From Cetorhinus maximus (lineage: Eukaryota): DNA of 64,000 nucleotides. Location: contig NC_135892.1 in NCBI RefSeq assembly GCF_964194155.1, positions 83,142,001 to 83,206,000 of the forward strand, read 5' to 3'. This document shows positions 51,911-64,000 of this stretch, in pieces; the first letter of the stretch is position 1, and each line of letters begins with the position of its first letter. Below the pieces are notes generated by a model. That model worked only from the letters and a program-made list of their open reading frames with translations. It was not told where the DNA came from and did no database searches. The position numbers were made by a program, and so were the translations under genes.

Positions 51911-52329
51911 ATTGCTTGTTCCTATTAATATTCCTCTTTTTAAAGCAACTATCTAATTGCTTTTTAAAATAACACATAGGGCAGGACTTTCTGGCCATTG
52001 GGCGGGCATGGCAGGCGGGTCCAGGAAGGGCTGCGAAACGGACCACCACCTGCGATCGGGCCCCGACCGCGATTTCACACTGGCGGGCCAATTAAGGCCC
52101 ACCCGAGCATGAAACGCGGGTCTGCACTGGACGGGAAGGGCTGAGCGGGGGCGTGGGCCTGTCAGCCGCCGGGTCCTATGGCGACCCTGCTGCCAGTTTA
52201 AAAGCGGTCCAGGCAGCCTCTGGAAGACTGCCACGGAGGATGTTCCCTGAACTGACACTTGGATATACTTTGCCAGGTGCTCCTCAGTTGGGGTTGGTCA
52301 GGCTGCAATGGCGCTGCATGTACAGAGTG

Positions 52330-53538
52330 GACTAATCAATGCTGCTCTGATGCTCACAACATCATGGAAAGGTCGGGGACTGGCGGAGGCCCTGCTATCC
52401 TCCTAATCCTCTCGAGATCTGAGCAAGATGCCCAGGAGCTCAAGAGCCAGCACGCCCGGCATGCAACCGGGCATGGAGAGGCCGGGGTGCCAGAAGAAGT
52501 GAGAATTTCAGCTTGTGCAACTATTCTAGTGTAGTCTCTTCATTGATGTGAGCCTCGAACCTGGAGTCTCCATTGATCAATGGAAGACAAGGGCAGCATG
52601 ATGCAGATCTCTGTTGTCTCACCAGGGTGCCTGGCATGCACAGTGACAATGTGATGACTTTAACTAATGACACGTCCTTCTTCTCCCTTTTAGTTTCACC
52701 AGCAGGTGTTTGATTTCTGGACCCTGAAGGCGCCCCCCCTGACACCAGAGGACCACCGGGCATCATTTGCACTTGCAACAGACCCGCTGTCTGAAGCAGG
52801 CACCAGCACAGATACCAGCATCTTGGTGGGCATTAGAGCGGCGGCTTGTATCTCGATGCACATTGGTGAGGGTACTTCATATCGCTTGAGGTGCAGGTGG
52901 AGGCAAAGAGTGCCCAGAGCACCAGCAGTCAGAGAACTGCTGGACACCGGGACAATGCTCAGCTGAAGGCTGGTGATGAGCCTCTGGAGTCGTCCATTAG
53001 GCTGCAGATGCTGGATGTCCAACAAGACGTGCGGAAGGATCTGGCGGAGATCCATGAGGATCTGTCTGCCATGGTCTCTGTGATGGAGGAGCCCATACAG
53101 AACATGAGTACTGCGTTGACCCTCATGGCCGAGCACACTGCCTCCTCCATTGAGAGAGCAGCGACTCTCATGGAGAGGCATCTCCAGGGACAGAATCAGG
53201 GATTCCTGGCGTTGCGCTCGGACCTGCAAGCCCTCACACAGGCAATGACCTCAGGTGGTCACTGTCAGTGTGGGAGATGCATAAGGCACCCAGTATCCCA
53301 ACTAGGTGCCCATCAATCAATGGTGAGCAGGGAGGTCCAGAGCGTCCTCATGTTGGCACACGAGCTGCCTGTCATCCCTGCGGGCTCCTCTCAGGGCGCT
53401 CTGGATGAGGGCAGCAGCTCCTCCACTCCTCCGCCAGTGACCATGGCATCTGATGAGGCTGCAGCAACTGGGGAGACGCCAGCCATGGCTGCTCCCTCCC
53501 AAATGGGGCCAGCACAGGCTCCACTGGCCAGAGGATGA
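52330..53538 (+). pseudogene. Harbinger Myb/SANT-partner gene of copy C (first exon largely deleted)
   Basis: AHNIMERSGTGGGPAIL exon homologous to exon 2 of copy A; long final exon ORF 52891-53538 after a ttctcccttttag acceptor. Confidence 0.72.
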
Positions 53539-53984
53539 ATGCCAAGGTCATCAAGGCCAACAAGACAGCAGGATCAGCAGGCTGTCTCCAATGACAGTGC
53601 AGTGAGGGGGGAGCACCTAGACATAGCACTCACAAGCATAAGTTAAAGGCACCATGAGCACAAGAGGGACAGGTCACGAGCAATTTTATGTTCATTTTTG
53701 TTTATGTATAGTGGTCTGATGTTGAATACTAGGATCATTTCTGTTAAGATTATTGAACTATCAGAATGACATAAATTGTGCTTTTGTCATCATGGCCTGA
53801 GTATGCTTCACCACTTAATTTCATTGGTGTGAGGAACACCAGTATGTAATGCTAGACGTAGGTGGCCCTGACCTTTATTGCACCACTGAGTGTTCTTTGG
53901 GTTCAAATGAAAGCATCCATTCAGACATCCAGGATGGAGGCAGGAGCCCTGGCATGTGTTTGAAGCTGATCTTTGATAGCCTAG

Positions 53985-55259
53985 CTGAAGGAGCGTTGGA
54001 TCAAGGTGTCCCTGGTATCCCTCCCTCCCTGCAGGTTACCAGGGCCTGGCTCCACGCCCTTCAGTGTTCTCCTCAATGTGTTCCTCTTTGGACTCACTAC
54101 TAGATTCATTATCTGTGGCCTGTGGAGCTGCCTCAAGATCCTCTTCCTCCAGTGGCTCCCCCCTTGCCAATGCCAGATTCTGGAGAGTGCAGCATACAAC
54201 CACGATCAGTGACAACCACTCTAGGGGGTATTATAGTGCTTCTCATGAATGGTCCAGGAATCGAAATCATATCTTGGGAAGACCTATGGTCCTCTCTACC
54301 ACCGCCCTTGTGGAGGCATGGGTCCTATTGTAACACTGCTCTGCCTCTGTTCTTGGGTGTTGGAGAGGCGTTTTGAGCCCTTTTCACCCAGCAGCCATCC
54401 ATCCAGTCAGGTTGGAGCACTGAAGAGCCTTGGCACCTGGGAGTGTCTCAGGATGCACGTGTCCTGGGAGCTGCCTGGGTACCTTGCACAGACTTGTAGA
54501 ATCTGCATCCTGTAATCACACACTATCTGCACGTTCATGGAGTGGAAGCCCTTCCTGTTGATGAAGGCACCGGGCTCACCCACTGGCGCCTTGATGGCCA
54601 CATGTGTGCAGTCTATTGCACCCTGGATGCGGGGGAAGCCAGCAATCGCTGCAAAGCCTCTGGCTCGCTCATTCTGGCTGGGCTCCTCCATACAGTATAG
54701 AATAAAGGTCAATGCCTGAACAGAGCTTCTATCACCAGCTTGACACAACTGTGGACAGACAGCTGACTGCGAGACTCCACACAGATCCCCCACTGAACCC
54801 TGAAAAGAGCCGGAGGCGTAAATATTGAGGGCCACTGTGATCTTCAGAGCCACTGGTATCGGGAGTCCACCCACACAGTTGGAGCTGATCTCAGGCCCAA
54901 TCACCTGGCAAATGGAGGACACGCTCTCCCTTGAGAGGTGGAGCCTCCTTCTGCATTGTACCTCGGACATGTTGAGGTTGCTGCATCGCCACCTGTAAAC
55001 CCTGGCAGCAGGATAGTGCCCCTTCTGCCTTACACTACCTGCTGACCCTGCACCCCTTGTGCCTGCGTCTGTCCTCCCACAGGTCCCTACCCTGGAAGCT
55101 GCATAGGGACACCTTGCCTCCTTTCCCTTCTGCCCCCCTTTTCTTCCTCAGAGGAGGTGCCTCCAGCACAATCCCCAGGGTACCAGAGTAAGGGGAGGCT
55201 GTCTGATACCTGGAAGGGCCTACACGGTCTGAATCCTCCGGGTGCCCTGCAGACAGCAA
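53985..55259 (-). pseudogene. Harbinger DDE transposase (HARBI1-like), disrupted
   Basis: YASGSFQGSVGDLCGVSQ and GFPRIQGAIDCTHVAIKAP...NRKGFHSMNVQIVCD...YPGSSQD motifs. Confidence 0.92.
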
Positions 55260-55774
55260 TGAGTCCTGAAATGAAGCCAGGAAATGCTAACAATGAAGCC
55301 CCGAACAGAGATGAAGCTGTCAAGTACCAGTAAGCAACCAGCTGCAAACTATCTCCAAAACTCCTCACAACTCATACTGGCAATGCTGCTGACCCTTTTT
55401 CATCCCGCCCGTGGATGAGGCTTGTAAAAATGTTGGCTGGCCACCTGCCCGTTTTGCCTGTGTGACGAGCAGAAAATCGCATGGGCACAGAAAGGTCACC
55501 GTCAATTTGACTATTAAGGGCCTTAAGTGGACACTTAATTAATGGCATCCGCCAAGCTAAATATTGGGCGCAATTTTACGCCCAATCAGGTCGGGCGTGT
55601 GCCCGCCTGCAGGACGTAAAATCCTGCCCGTAGACTCGACATCAACAATGGTTTCTGGCAAAGAATCCACCACCCAATCAACCTCTGAGTAAAGAACTTC
55701 TTTCGGACATTTCCTTCCATTCAGTTTCAAATTCCAAGCCAGAATAAGCATTTGAATGAACTCCAAGATTATTA

Positions 55775-56470
55775 TAAAAACAAAATGCTGTGGATGCTGG
55801 ATAACTGAAATAAAAACAGGAAATGCTGGAAATGCTCAGCAGGTCTGGCAGCCTCTGTGGAAAAGGAAACAGAGATAACATTTCAGGCTGATGACCTTTC
55901 GTCAGAAGTGGGAAAAGCACAAAATGCAATAGGTTTTAAGCAAAGGGGAAATGGGGGAGAAAAGGACAAACAGGAAGCTCTGTGATAAAGTGGAAGGCAG
56001 AAGAGATTAAATAACAAAAGGGTCCATGGTGCAAGGCCAAAAGGAATGATAATGGAATGAGAAAAGAAATAAAAGATTTAACTAGAGGAGGTGTGAATGG
56101 CAGAGTCATGAACAAAATAAATAGGAATAGAATACGAAAGCAATAAATAGGAAAGAGAGAAAAATGAAAACCAGCAAAGAAAGGGGAAACAAGATGGGGG
56201 CAGAGGTTACAATCTAAAATTGTTGAACTCAATGTTGAGTTTGAAGTCTGTAAAGTGCCCAGTTGCAAGATGACATGCTGTTCCTCTAGCTTTTGTTGAG
56301 TTTCTTTGGACCACTACTGGAGACTGAGGGCAGAAAAGTCAGAGTGGGAGGAAGGGAAATTAAAATGACAGATGACTGAAAGCTCAAGGTCACATTTGCA
56401 GACTTGGAGGAGGTGCTCTGCAAAGTGGTCGCCCAATCTGCATTTGACCTCCCCAATGTAGAGGGCTTGT
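55775..56470 (-). mobile_element. Penelope-like element fragment (GIY-YIG endonuclease plus terminal repeat)
   Basis: LYIGEVKCRLGDHFAEHL...VICHFN. Smaller pieces of the same repeat lie at about 5810-5910, 17195-17300 and 34540-34600. Confidence 0.82.
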
Positions 56471-57545
56471 TCAATGAAAAGTACAGAAGACCATGGCAGG
56501 AATAGCACCAGGCATACCAAAAAGTGAGATGCAACCTGATGAAGCAGCATGTGTAATTAACAGCGGAGCGGCTTGCCAAAAACAGAGCTATGTGTTCCCA
56601 CAACCAACATATCAGGTCAAAGCTCTGCTGTCCAGCCACATCCAGTCATGAATGGTGGTGAACAATTAAACAACCAATGGAAGAGGAGGTTCCATGAGCA
56701 GCCCATCCTCAATGATGGAAGAACCCAGTAGGTCAGTGCAAAAGACAAGGCTGAAACACTTGCAACCACTTTCAAACAGAAGTACTGAGCGGATTATCCA
56801 TCTCGGTCTCCTCCTGAGGTCCCCAGCATCACAGATGTCAGTCTTCAATCAATTTTATTCAGTGTGTGTGTTATCAAGGAATACTGAGCGCACTGGATAC
56901 ATCAAAGGCTATGCACCCTGACAACATCCCAGCTGTAGTGTTAAGCTTTTGTACCCCAGAACTAGCCACACCTCTAGACAGCCTAGACAGGCTGTTCCAG
57001 TACAGCTACAAAACTGGCATCTATTCAACAAAGTTGAAAATTACCAAGGTATGTTCTGTCCACAAAAAACAGGACAAATGCAATCCACGCCTCAATTATT
57101 AACAAAGTAGTGCAAGTTGCCATTAACAGTGCTGTCAAGCAGCACTTATTCATCAGTAACCTTCTTACCAACACTCAGTTTGGGTTCTACCAGGGCCACT
57201 CAGCTCCAGAACCCATTACAGCCTTAGTCCAAACATGGAAAAAAGAACTGAATCCCAGCAGTGAGGTGAGAGTGACTGGCCTTGATATCAAGGCAGCATT
57301 TGACCAAGTGTGGCATCAAGGTGCTCTAGTAAAGTCAATGTGAAGCAGGGGGAAAAACCTCCATTGGCTGGAGTCATAACTGGCTTAAAGAGAGATTTGG
57401 TTATAGTTGTTGGAGGCCAATAATCTCATCCCCAGAACATCACAAAGAGCTCCTCAGGGCAATGACCTAGGCCTAAACATTTATAGCTGCTTCATCAATG
57501 ACCTTCTCTCCATCTTAAAGTCAGAAGTGGGGATGTTTGCTGATT
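56470..57545 (+). mobile_element. Older copy of the tRNA-headed LINE family, left part
   Basis: Collinear with 58790-59880; broken at the FADD motif by the younger copy. Confidence 0.88.
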
Positions 57546-60500
57546 GGGGGGAGGCGATGGCATAGTGGTATTGTCGTTGGACTAGAAATCCAGAGTCCCA
57601 GGTTAATGCTCAGATTTGAACCCCGCCTCGGCAGATGGTGGAATTTGAATTCAATAAAAATCTGGAATGAAAAGTCTAATGATGACCATGAAAACATTGT
57701 CGATGGTTGCGAAAACCCATCTGGTTCACTAATGTCCTTTAGGGAAGGAAATCTGTCATCCATACCTGGTCTGGCCTACATGTGACTCCAGACCCACAGC
57801 AATGTGGTTGACTCTGAAATGGCCTGGCAAGCCACTCAGTTGTAACAAACCACTACAAAGTCACAAAAATGAAATGAAACCGGACGGACTACCCAGCATC
57901 GACCTAGGCACCGGAAACGACAATGGCAATCTCAGCCCTGTCGACCCGGCAAAGTTCTCCTTGCTAACATCTGGGGGCTAGTGCCAAAATTGGGAGACTA
58001 GTCACAGACTATTCAAGCAACAGCCTGACATGAAATCATATCTTACAGCTAATGTCCCAGACACCACCATCACCATCCTTGGGTATGTCCTGTCCCACCA
58101 GCAGGACAGACCCAGTAGAGGTGGCAGCACAGTGGTATGCGGTTGGGAGGGAGTCCCCAACATTGACTCCGGACCCCATGAATTCTCATGGCATCAGGTC
58201 AAACATGGGCAAGGAAACCCCCTGCTGATTACCACGTGCCGCCCTCCCTCAGCTGATGAATCAGTGCTCCTCCATGTTGAACACCACTTGGAGAAAGCAC
58301 TGAGGGTGGCAAGGGTGCAGAATGTACTCTGGGTGGAGGACTTCAATGTCCATCACCAAGTGTAGCTCGGTAGCACCACTACTGAGCGAGCTGGCCAAAT
58401 CCTAAATGACATAGCTGCTAGACTGGGTCTGCAGCAGGTGGTGAGGGAACCAACAAGAGGGGAAAATATACTTGATCTCATCACCCTGCCTGCCGCAGAT
58501 GCATCTGTCCATGACAGTATCGATAGGATTGACCACCGCACAGTCGTGGAGACGAAGTCACATTGAGGATCACCTCCATCATGTTGTGTGGCACCACCAC
58601 TGTGCTAAATGGGATAGGTTTTGAACAGATCTAGCAACTCAAGACTGGACATCCATATGGCAGCACTGTGGGCCATCAACAGCAGCAGGATTGTATTTGA
58701 ACACAATTTGTAACCTCGTTGCCCGGCCTATCCCCCACTCTACCATTACCATCAAGTCAGGGGATCAACCCTGCTTCAATGCAGAGTCCAGGAGGGCATG
58801 CCAGGGGCAGCGCCAGGCATACCTAAAAATGAGGCGTCAACCTGGTGAAGCTATAACACAGGACGACTTGCGTGGCAAACAACATAAGCAGCAAGTGATA
58901 GACAGAGGTAAGCAACCCCACAACCAATGGATCAGATCTAAGCTCTGCAGTCCTGCCACATCCAGTCGGGAATGGTGGTAAACCACTCGCTAGAGAAGGA
59001 AGCTCCACAAAAATCCCCATCCTCAATGATGGAGGAGCCCTGCGCATCAGTGCAAAAGATGAGACTGAAGCATTTGCTACAATCTTCAGCCAGAAGTGCT
59101 GAGTGAATGATCCATCTCGGCCTCCTCCAGAGGCCCCCAGCATCACAGATGCCAGCCTTCAGCCAATTCGATTCACTCCACATGAAATCAAGAAACGACA
59201 GATGGCACTGGATACTGCAAAGGCTATGGTCCCTGACAATATTCCAGCAATAGTACCGAACACTTGTGCTCCAGAACTTGCTGCGCCCCTAGCCAAGCTG
59301 TTCCAGTACAGCTACAACACTGGCATCCACCCAGCTATGTGTAAAATTGTCTAAGTATGTCTTGTACACAAAAAGCAGGACAAATCAAACCCAGCCAATT
59401 ACTGCCCCATCAGTCTACTCTCGATCATCAGTAAACTAATGGAAGGGGTCATCAACAGTGCTATCAAGTGGCACTTGCTTAGCAATAACCTGCTCACTGA
59501 CACCCAGTTTGGGTTCCGCCAGGGCCACTCAGCTCCTGACCTCATTACAGCCTTGGTTCAAATATGGACAAAAGAGCTGAACTCCCAAGGTGGGGTGAGA
59601 GTGACTGCCCTTGACATCAAGGCAGCATTTGACTGAGTGTGGCATCAAGGAGCTCCAGCAAAACTGGAGTCAATGGGAATCAGGGGGAAAACTCTCCACT
59701 GGTTGGAGTCATATCTACCACAAAGGAAAATGGTTGTGGTTGTTGCAGGTCAGTCATCTCAGCTCCAGGACATCACTGCAGGAGTTCCTCAGGGTAGTGT
59801 CCTAGGCCCAACCATCTTCAGCTGCTCCATCAATGACCTTCCTTCCATCATAAGGTCAGAAGTGGGGATGCTCGCTGATGATTGCAAAACGTTCAGCACC
59901 ATTCGCGACTCCTCAGATACTGAAGCAGTCCATGTCCAAATGCAGCAAGGCCTGGACAATATCCAGTCTTGGGCTGACAAGTGACAAGTAACATTCATGC
60001 CACACAAGTGTCAGGCAATGACCATCTCCAACAAGAGAGAATCCTACCAGCACCCCTTGATGTTCAATGACATTACCATCACTGAATCCCCCACTATCAA
60101 CCTCCTAGGGGTTACCATTGACCGGAAACTGATATAAATACTATGGCTATAAGAGCAGGTTAGAGGCCAAGAATCCTGTGATGAGTAACTCATCTCCTGA
60201 CTCCCCAAAGCCTGCCCACCATCTAGAAGGCACAAGTCAGAAGTGTGATGGAATACTCCCCAACCGCCTGGATGAGTGCAGCTCCCACAACACTCAAGAA
60301 GCTCGACATCATCCAGGACAAAGCAGCCCGCTTGATTGGCACTGCAGGAATTCACCAAGGCTCCTTCGTCAGCACCTTCCAAACCCCCAACCATTACCGT
60401 ATAGAAGGACAAGGACAGCACAACCATTACCATATAGAAGGACATGGGAACACCACCACCTGGAAATTCCCCTCCAAATCACTGACTTGGAAATATATCG

Positions 60501-60692
60501 CCATTCTTTCACTGCCATTGGGTCAAAATCCTAGAACTCCCATCCTAACAGCACTGTGGGTGTACCTACACCACATGGACTGTAGCAGTTCAAGAAGGCA
60601 GCTCACCACCACCTTCTCAAGGGCAACTGGGGATGGGCAATAAAAGTTGGCCCAGCCAGCAAAGCCCATATCCTGTGAATACATTTTTAAAA
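57546..60692 (+). mobile_element. tRNA-headed LINE, copy 2, near full length (about 3.15 kb; single EN-RT ORF, now disrupted)
   Basis: A box at 57558-57568. ATG 57819 is in frame with RHRKRQ...KVLLANIWGLVPKLG. Endonuclease EDFNVHH and RT GVPQGSVLGPTIF / LADDC motifs; tail at 60600-60692. Confidence 0.93.
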
Positions 60693-61385
60693 ATGTTCAC
60701 TGTGTTTAACTTCATTCACAACTCCTCAGCTAATGACGCAGTCTAGGCCTGCTTGCAGCAAGTCCTGGATATCATATAGGCTTGGGCTGATAACTGGCAC
60801 CACACAAACACCTGGCAATGACCATCTCCAACAAGAGACAGTCTGACCACCTCTGCTTGACATTCAATGGCTTCACTAACACCAAATCCTCCACCATTAA
60901 CACCTAGTTGTCACCATTGAATTCTTTCACCTGAATGAACCAGTCACACAAATATCTACAGCAACAAGAGCAGGTGAGAGACTAGATATTCTGCATCAAA
61001 AGACTCATCCCCTGACTCCTCAAAGCCTTTGAGGCGTGTGTGTGCTATCTACAAGCTGCGCTGCAGCATCTTGCCAAAGCTTTTTCAACAGCACCTCCCA
61101 AACTCATGACCTCTACCACCTAAAAGGACAAGGGCAACTGCTGTCTAGGAACACCACCACCTGCAAGTTCCCCTCCAAGTCACACATTGTCCTGGCTTGC
61201 AAATAGATTGCATCGTCACTGGATCAAAATTCTGAAACTTCTAACTTAACAACACGATTGATCTACCTCTACTACACAAACCGCTGTAGTTCAGAAACTG
61301 GCCAACCAGCACCTTCTCAATTGCATTTAGGGATGAACAATAAATTATGAGCTTGCCAGTGACACCCACAGCCCTTAATGAATAC
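60693..61385 (+). mobile_element. Older LINE copy, right part
   Basis: Resumes the RT just after FADD and ends with the family tail. Confidence 0.85.
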
Positions 61386-63439
61386 AAGAAGAATACTGGA
61401 TGCCTACTCTGAGTGGGAGCCTTGGCTGATTTCCCCTCTTCCCTTACCCAGGACATTAAGTCCAATTATAACAACAGTGCAGCCTCTGCACAATGTGCAA
61501 TGCTGCTCTTAAGCCACCAAGTATGAGGGAGAAGGGCAGAATAAAATTTTCCATTTCATCTAATTATAAGCACACTCGCATTTTAAATTATTCTGCTATT
61601 TTGACAGTGTCTCATCTCTGTAGAGACAGGAGTCCAGATAAGAGCTGTGGCCCAGCAAATGATTTACAAAATTTCAACATTTATTTGGCCTGTAATACAA
61701 ACATGCATGCGTGAGTGAGTCTGTGGTTTACCCTATGCATGTAATATAAATAAACTCAATAACCAGGTATCATCGCACCTCGCACAAAGATGGTGAAAAA
61801 TGGTCAGTAAAATTATCTTTGAATCAAGTTCCCCAGCTTGCCACTCAGCTTCCTTACTAGTCTATATTAAGGACCTTGCACAGGGTGAATAATTATTGCG
61901 CACAAACCTTACTTGCTTAGCTGCGATTTTTATCATCCTTATCTATATAACACCTCTCCAACTCTGCTTTACCTGAATACTATGCTTAGGCTTTACACCA
62001 TGTGCGATGTTTCAGGAAATATATTATTGAAAATATTGTCTAGGGCACAGAATTCCCACGCAAGTCTTATTTTTCATTGTCACAACTTTTGGCTAGACCT
62101 ATTGCTCAACAATTCCCATTGTTATTTGCTATGTCAACATTTCGCGTGTCACTTTGCCATCAGTCATCATGATGTAGTTGTAGGCTCTGGTCACTGAGTA
62201 GCTCTATGGAGAGACTTTCTTAAAACTCTCTCCCAATTCCATTGCTGTTTTGAATACAAAAAAACTTGTAATAGTGGTGACAGATTTTGTTGAGTCTGCA
62301 ACCAGGCAATGAACTGCCAGTGGAGAACAGAAAATAAAATCAGAATATAAACCTGTAAAGGAGCCTAGCCAAATTTGACCACAGAATTAAATTAATTGGA
62401 GAGAAATCAGGTGGACTCCTTTATAGGGGTACGCTCTGACCTGAGCGATTTCCTGATAGCTGCTACAGCCAGGCAGACAAGTGCGCCTGGCCACAGATCC
62501 AGGAAATTGCTTTCAAAAATATAACAAAAATATTTATTGCATTAAATAATAGATTATTATCTAAAATTGTTCCCCAACTCCCAACACTTAGGTGGCTCAT
62601 AGTTCCTCATTTAATCAAAATGCCTTCATTGGATTTCACAGCCATGTGCTCTTACATTAATTTAAAACCTTTTCCAAAGAAGTAGCCACTTTTGGTTTTT
62701 GCATCTTTTGTGAATATGTGCAATATCTTTATCCTGTGTGAAATAGGTCACTGTGGTCAAATTTGGGTAATGATTCCAGATAAGAAATGTGACAGACCCA
62801 GCTGGTGTCCTAAGAGAATTAAGATTAAGTATGAAAGTAAAATGTGCTTTACCATTGAACTTTTAATATGACAGTAACAGCCATAACTTACACAGAACCT
62901 AGATTCTAGTAATGTGCTTCAGCAAAAATGACTGTGAATTGTATTGGTTAATTGAATCAGAATGGTTCTCTGTGTTTAACTGTGACCCACTTGGTACAAA
63001 GAAGGAATAAACCAAGATGAGATAAGCTGCACATGTACTCTTTCCAGCAGCAGTCAGAAGATAGGGATCGGGAGCAAGGAGCCTGACTGATTTTTCACAC
63101 GCTTGCCCAGAAGTACTGAAACACATCATCACACAGCCTCTATTTTCATGGCTAGGTCAGCTAACTCAGAAGAGACAGGGATCAAGGGTGGGTCCTTTTT
63201 AAACTGTATGGCTCAGAGCCATAGTGGAAGATGCATTTAGCCACTGAGTCATTGAAGGAGCTGCTCTTACCATTGTTGCTTAATGCATGCACATCAATTA
63301 TTTGTTTTGTCTTTCTTTTCCTTTTCCTTCATGATAATCATTGCACTTCAAATTAATTCATGGTGTGTGAAGTGGGAGAAGTGAGGCGGTGCTAAAAGCA
63401 TGTCTATGTTTTCTGTGGCCTCCGCATGGAACATACTAT

Positions 63440-63740
63440 TCCCGATCAAAAAGATAGCCAAGTAACCTATTGGCAAATCAAAGCACCATATGGCATAGAA
63501 GAAGGCTATTTGACCCTCTTCAACAGCTCTTTGAAAGAGCCATTCAATTAGTTCCATTCCACTATTCTTTTCACATAGAGCTGCAGATTTTTAACCTTTC
63601 AAATATATATCCAAAGTCCTTTTGAAAGTTACCATTCAATCTGCTTCCTCCATCCTTTCAGGCAGTGCATTCCAGATCACAACAGCATGCTACATAAGAA
63701 AAACTCTGTTCATTTATTCTCTGGTTCTTTTGCCAATACA
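63440..63740 (-). mobile_element. Old CR1 3' fragment
   Basis: catcctttcaggcagtgcattccagatc, plus a 3' UTR resembling 31500-31720. Confidence 0.72.
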
Positions 63741-64000
63741 TCCCTATAAGTTGCTCCTGAGTGGTGATTAACCACAAGCTGGTAACTTTCCCATCGGATC
63801 GCCATGTGAGAAAGAACTGACATACACCTGGCACCTTTTACCAGTACATCGTCATTTAGCAAAGCTCAGGCCTGGCGACACAGAATGAGCCTGCTGGTAT
63901 GCTACTGAGTGGATGGAAAGAACATGCAAATGAGGGACATGCTTCCTCCAGCCTAATTTATTGCACTTGCATTATTTAAATGTTGAGTGCAAAGTCCAGA

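Larger units (their letters stand above)
51979..55629. mobile_element. Harbinger transposon, copy C (different family, near complete)
   Basis: TIRs gggcaggacttt / aaaatcctgccc; TSD ata/gta. It splits an old CR1 fragment (51910-51978 / 55630-55770). Confidence 0.92.

Noticed and set aside
53985-55259. Host HARBI1 gene
   Set aside because: It lies between TIRs with a TSD, is paired with a Myb/SANT gene and is disrupted, so it is a transposon copy.
60684-60688. 3'-terminal T runs (also 49439-49445) as Pol III terminators
   Set aside because: The SINE at 28760 and the copy at 7122 end in A-rich tails, so the T runs may be decayed tails.

Overview
Repeat-rich eukaryotic DNA, probably from a cartilaginous fish (inferred from the repeat content: CR1, L2, RTE, Tx1/L1 and Penelope retroelements, Deu-domain SINEs, Harbinger and hAT DNA transposons). 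I recognise no intact host protein-coding gene, and most long ORFs in the track are decayed transposon fragments. The non-repeat islands (about 19-21, 33-36 and 42.5-43.5 kb) may be regulatory or intronic; one has paired CCAAT/TATA modules, a CTCF-like motif and a candidate first exon. Main finding: a compact, ORF1-less endonuclease/RT LINE whose 5' end is a tRNA(Thr)-like Pol III promoter, present in two independent copies (46061, 57546). Its sense strand almost lacks TTTT terminators. A SINE at 28411 is its 5'+3' deletion derivative, and the same head is fused to a Tx1 LINE within one target-site duplication (TSD) at 10729-12340. Together these suggest a possibly Pol III-transcribed autonomous LINE/SINE system. 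A second system is a set of two-gene Harbinger transposons (transposase plus intron-containing Myb/SANT gene) and their MITEs, with non-TWA TSDs and shared subterminal motifs. Boundaries were read by eye and are approximate unless a TSD or terminal inverted repeat (TIR) is quoted.
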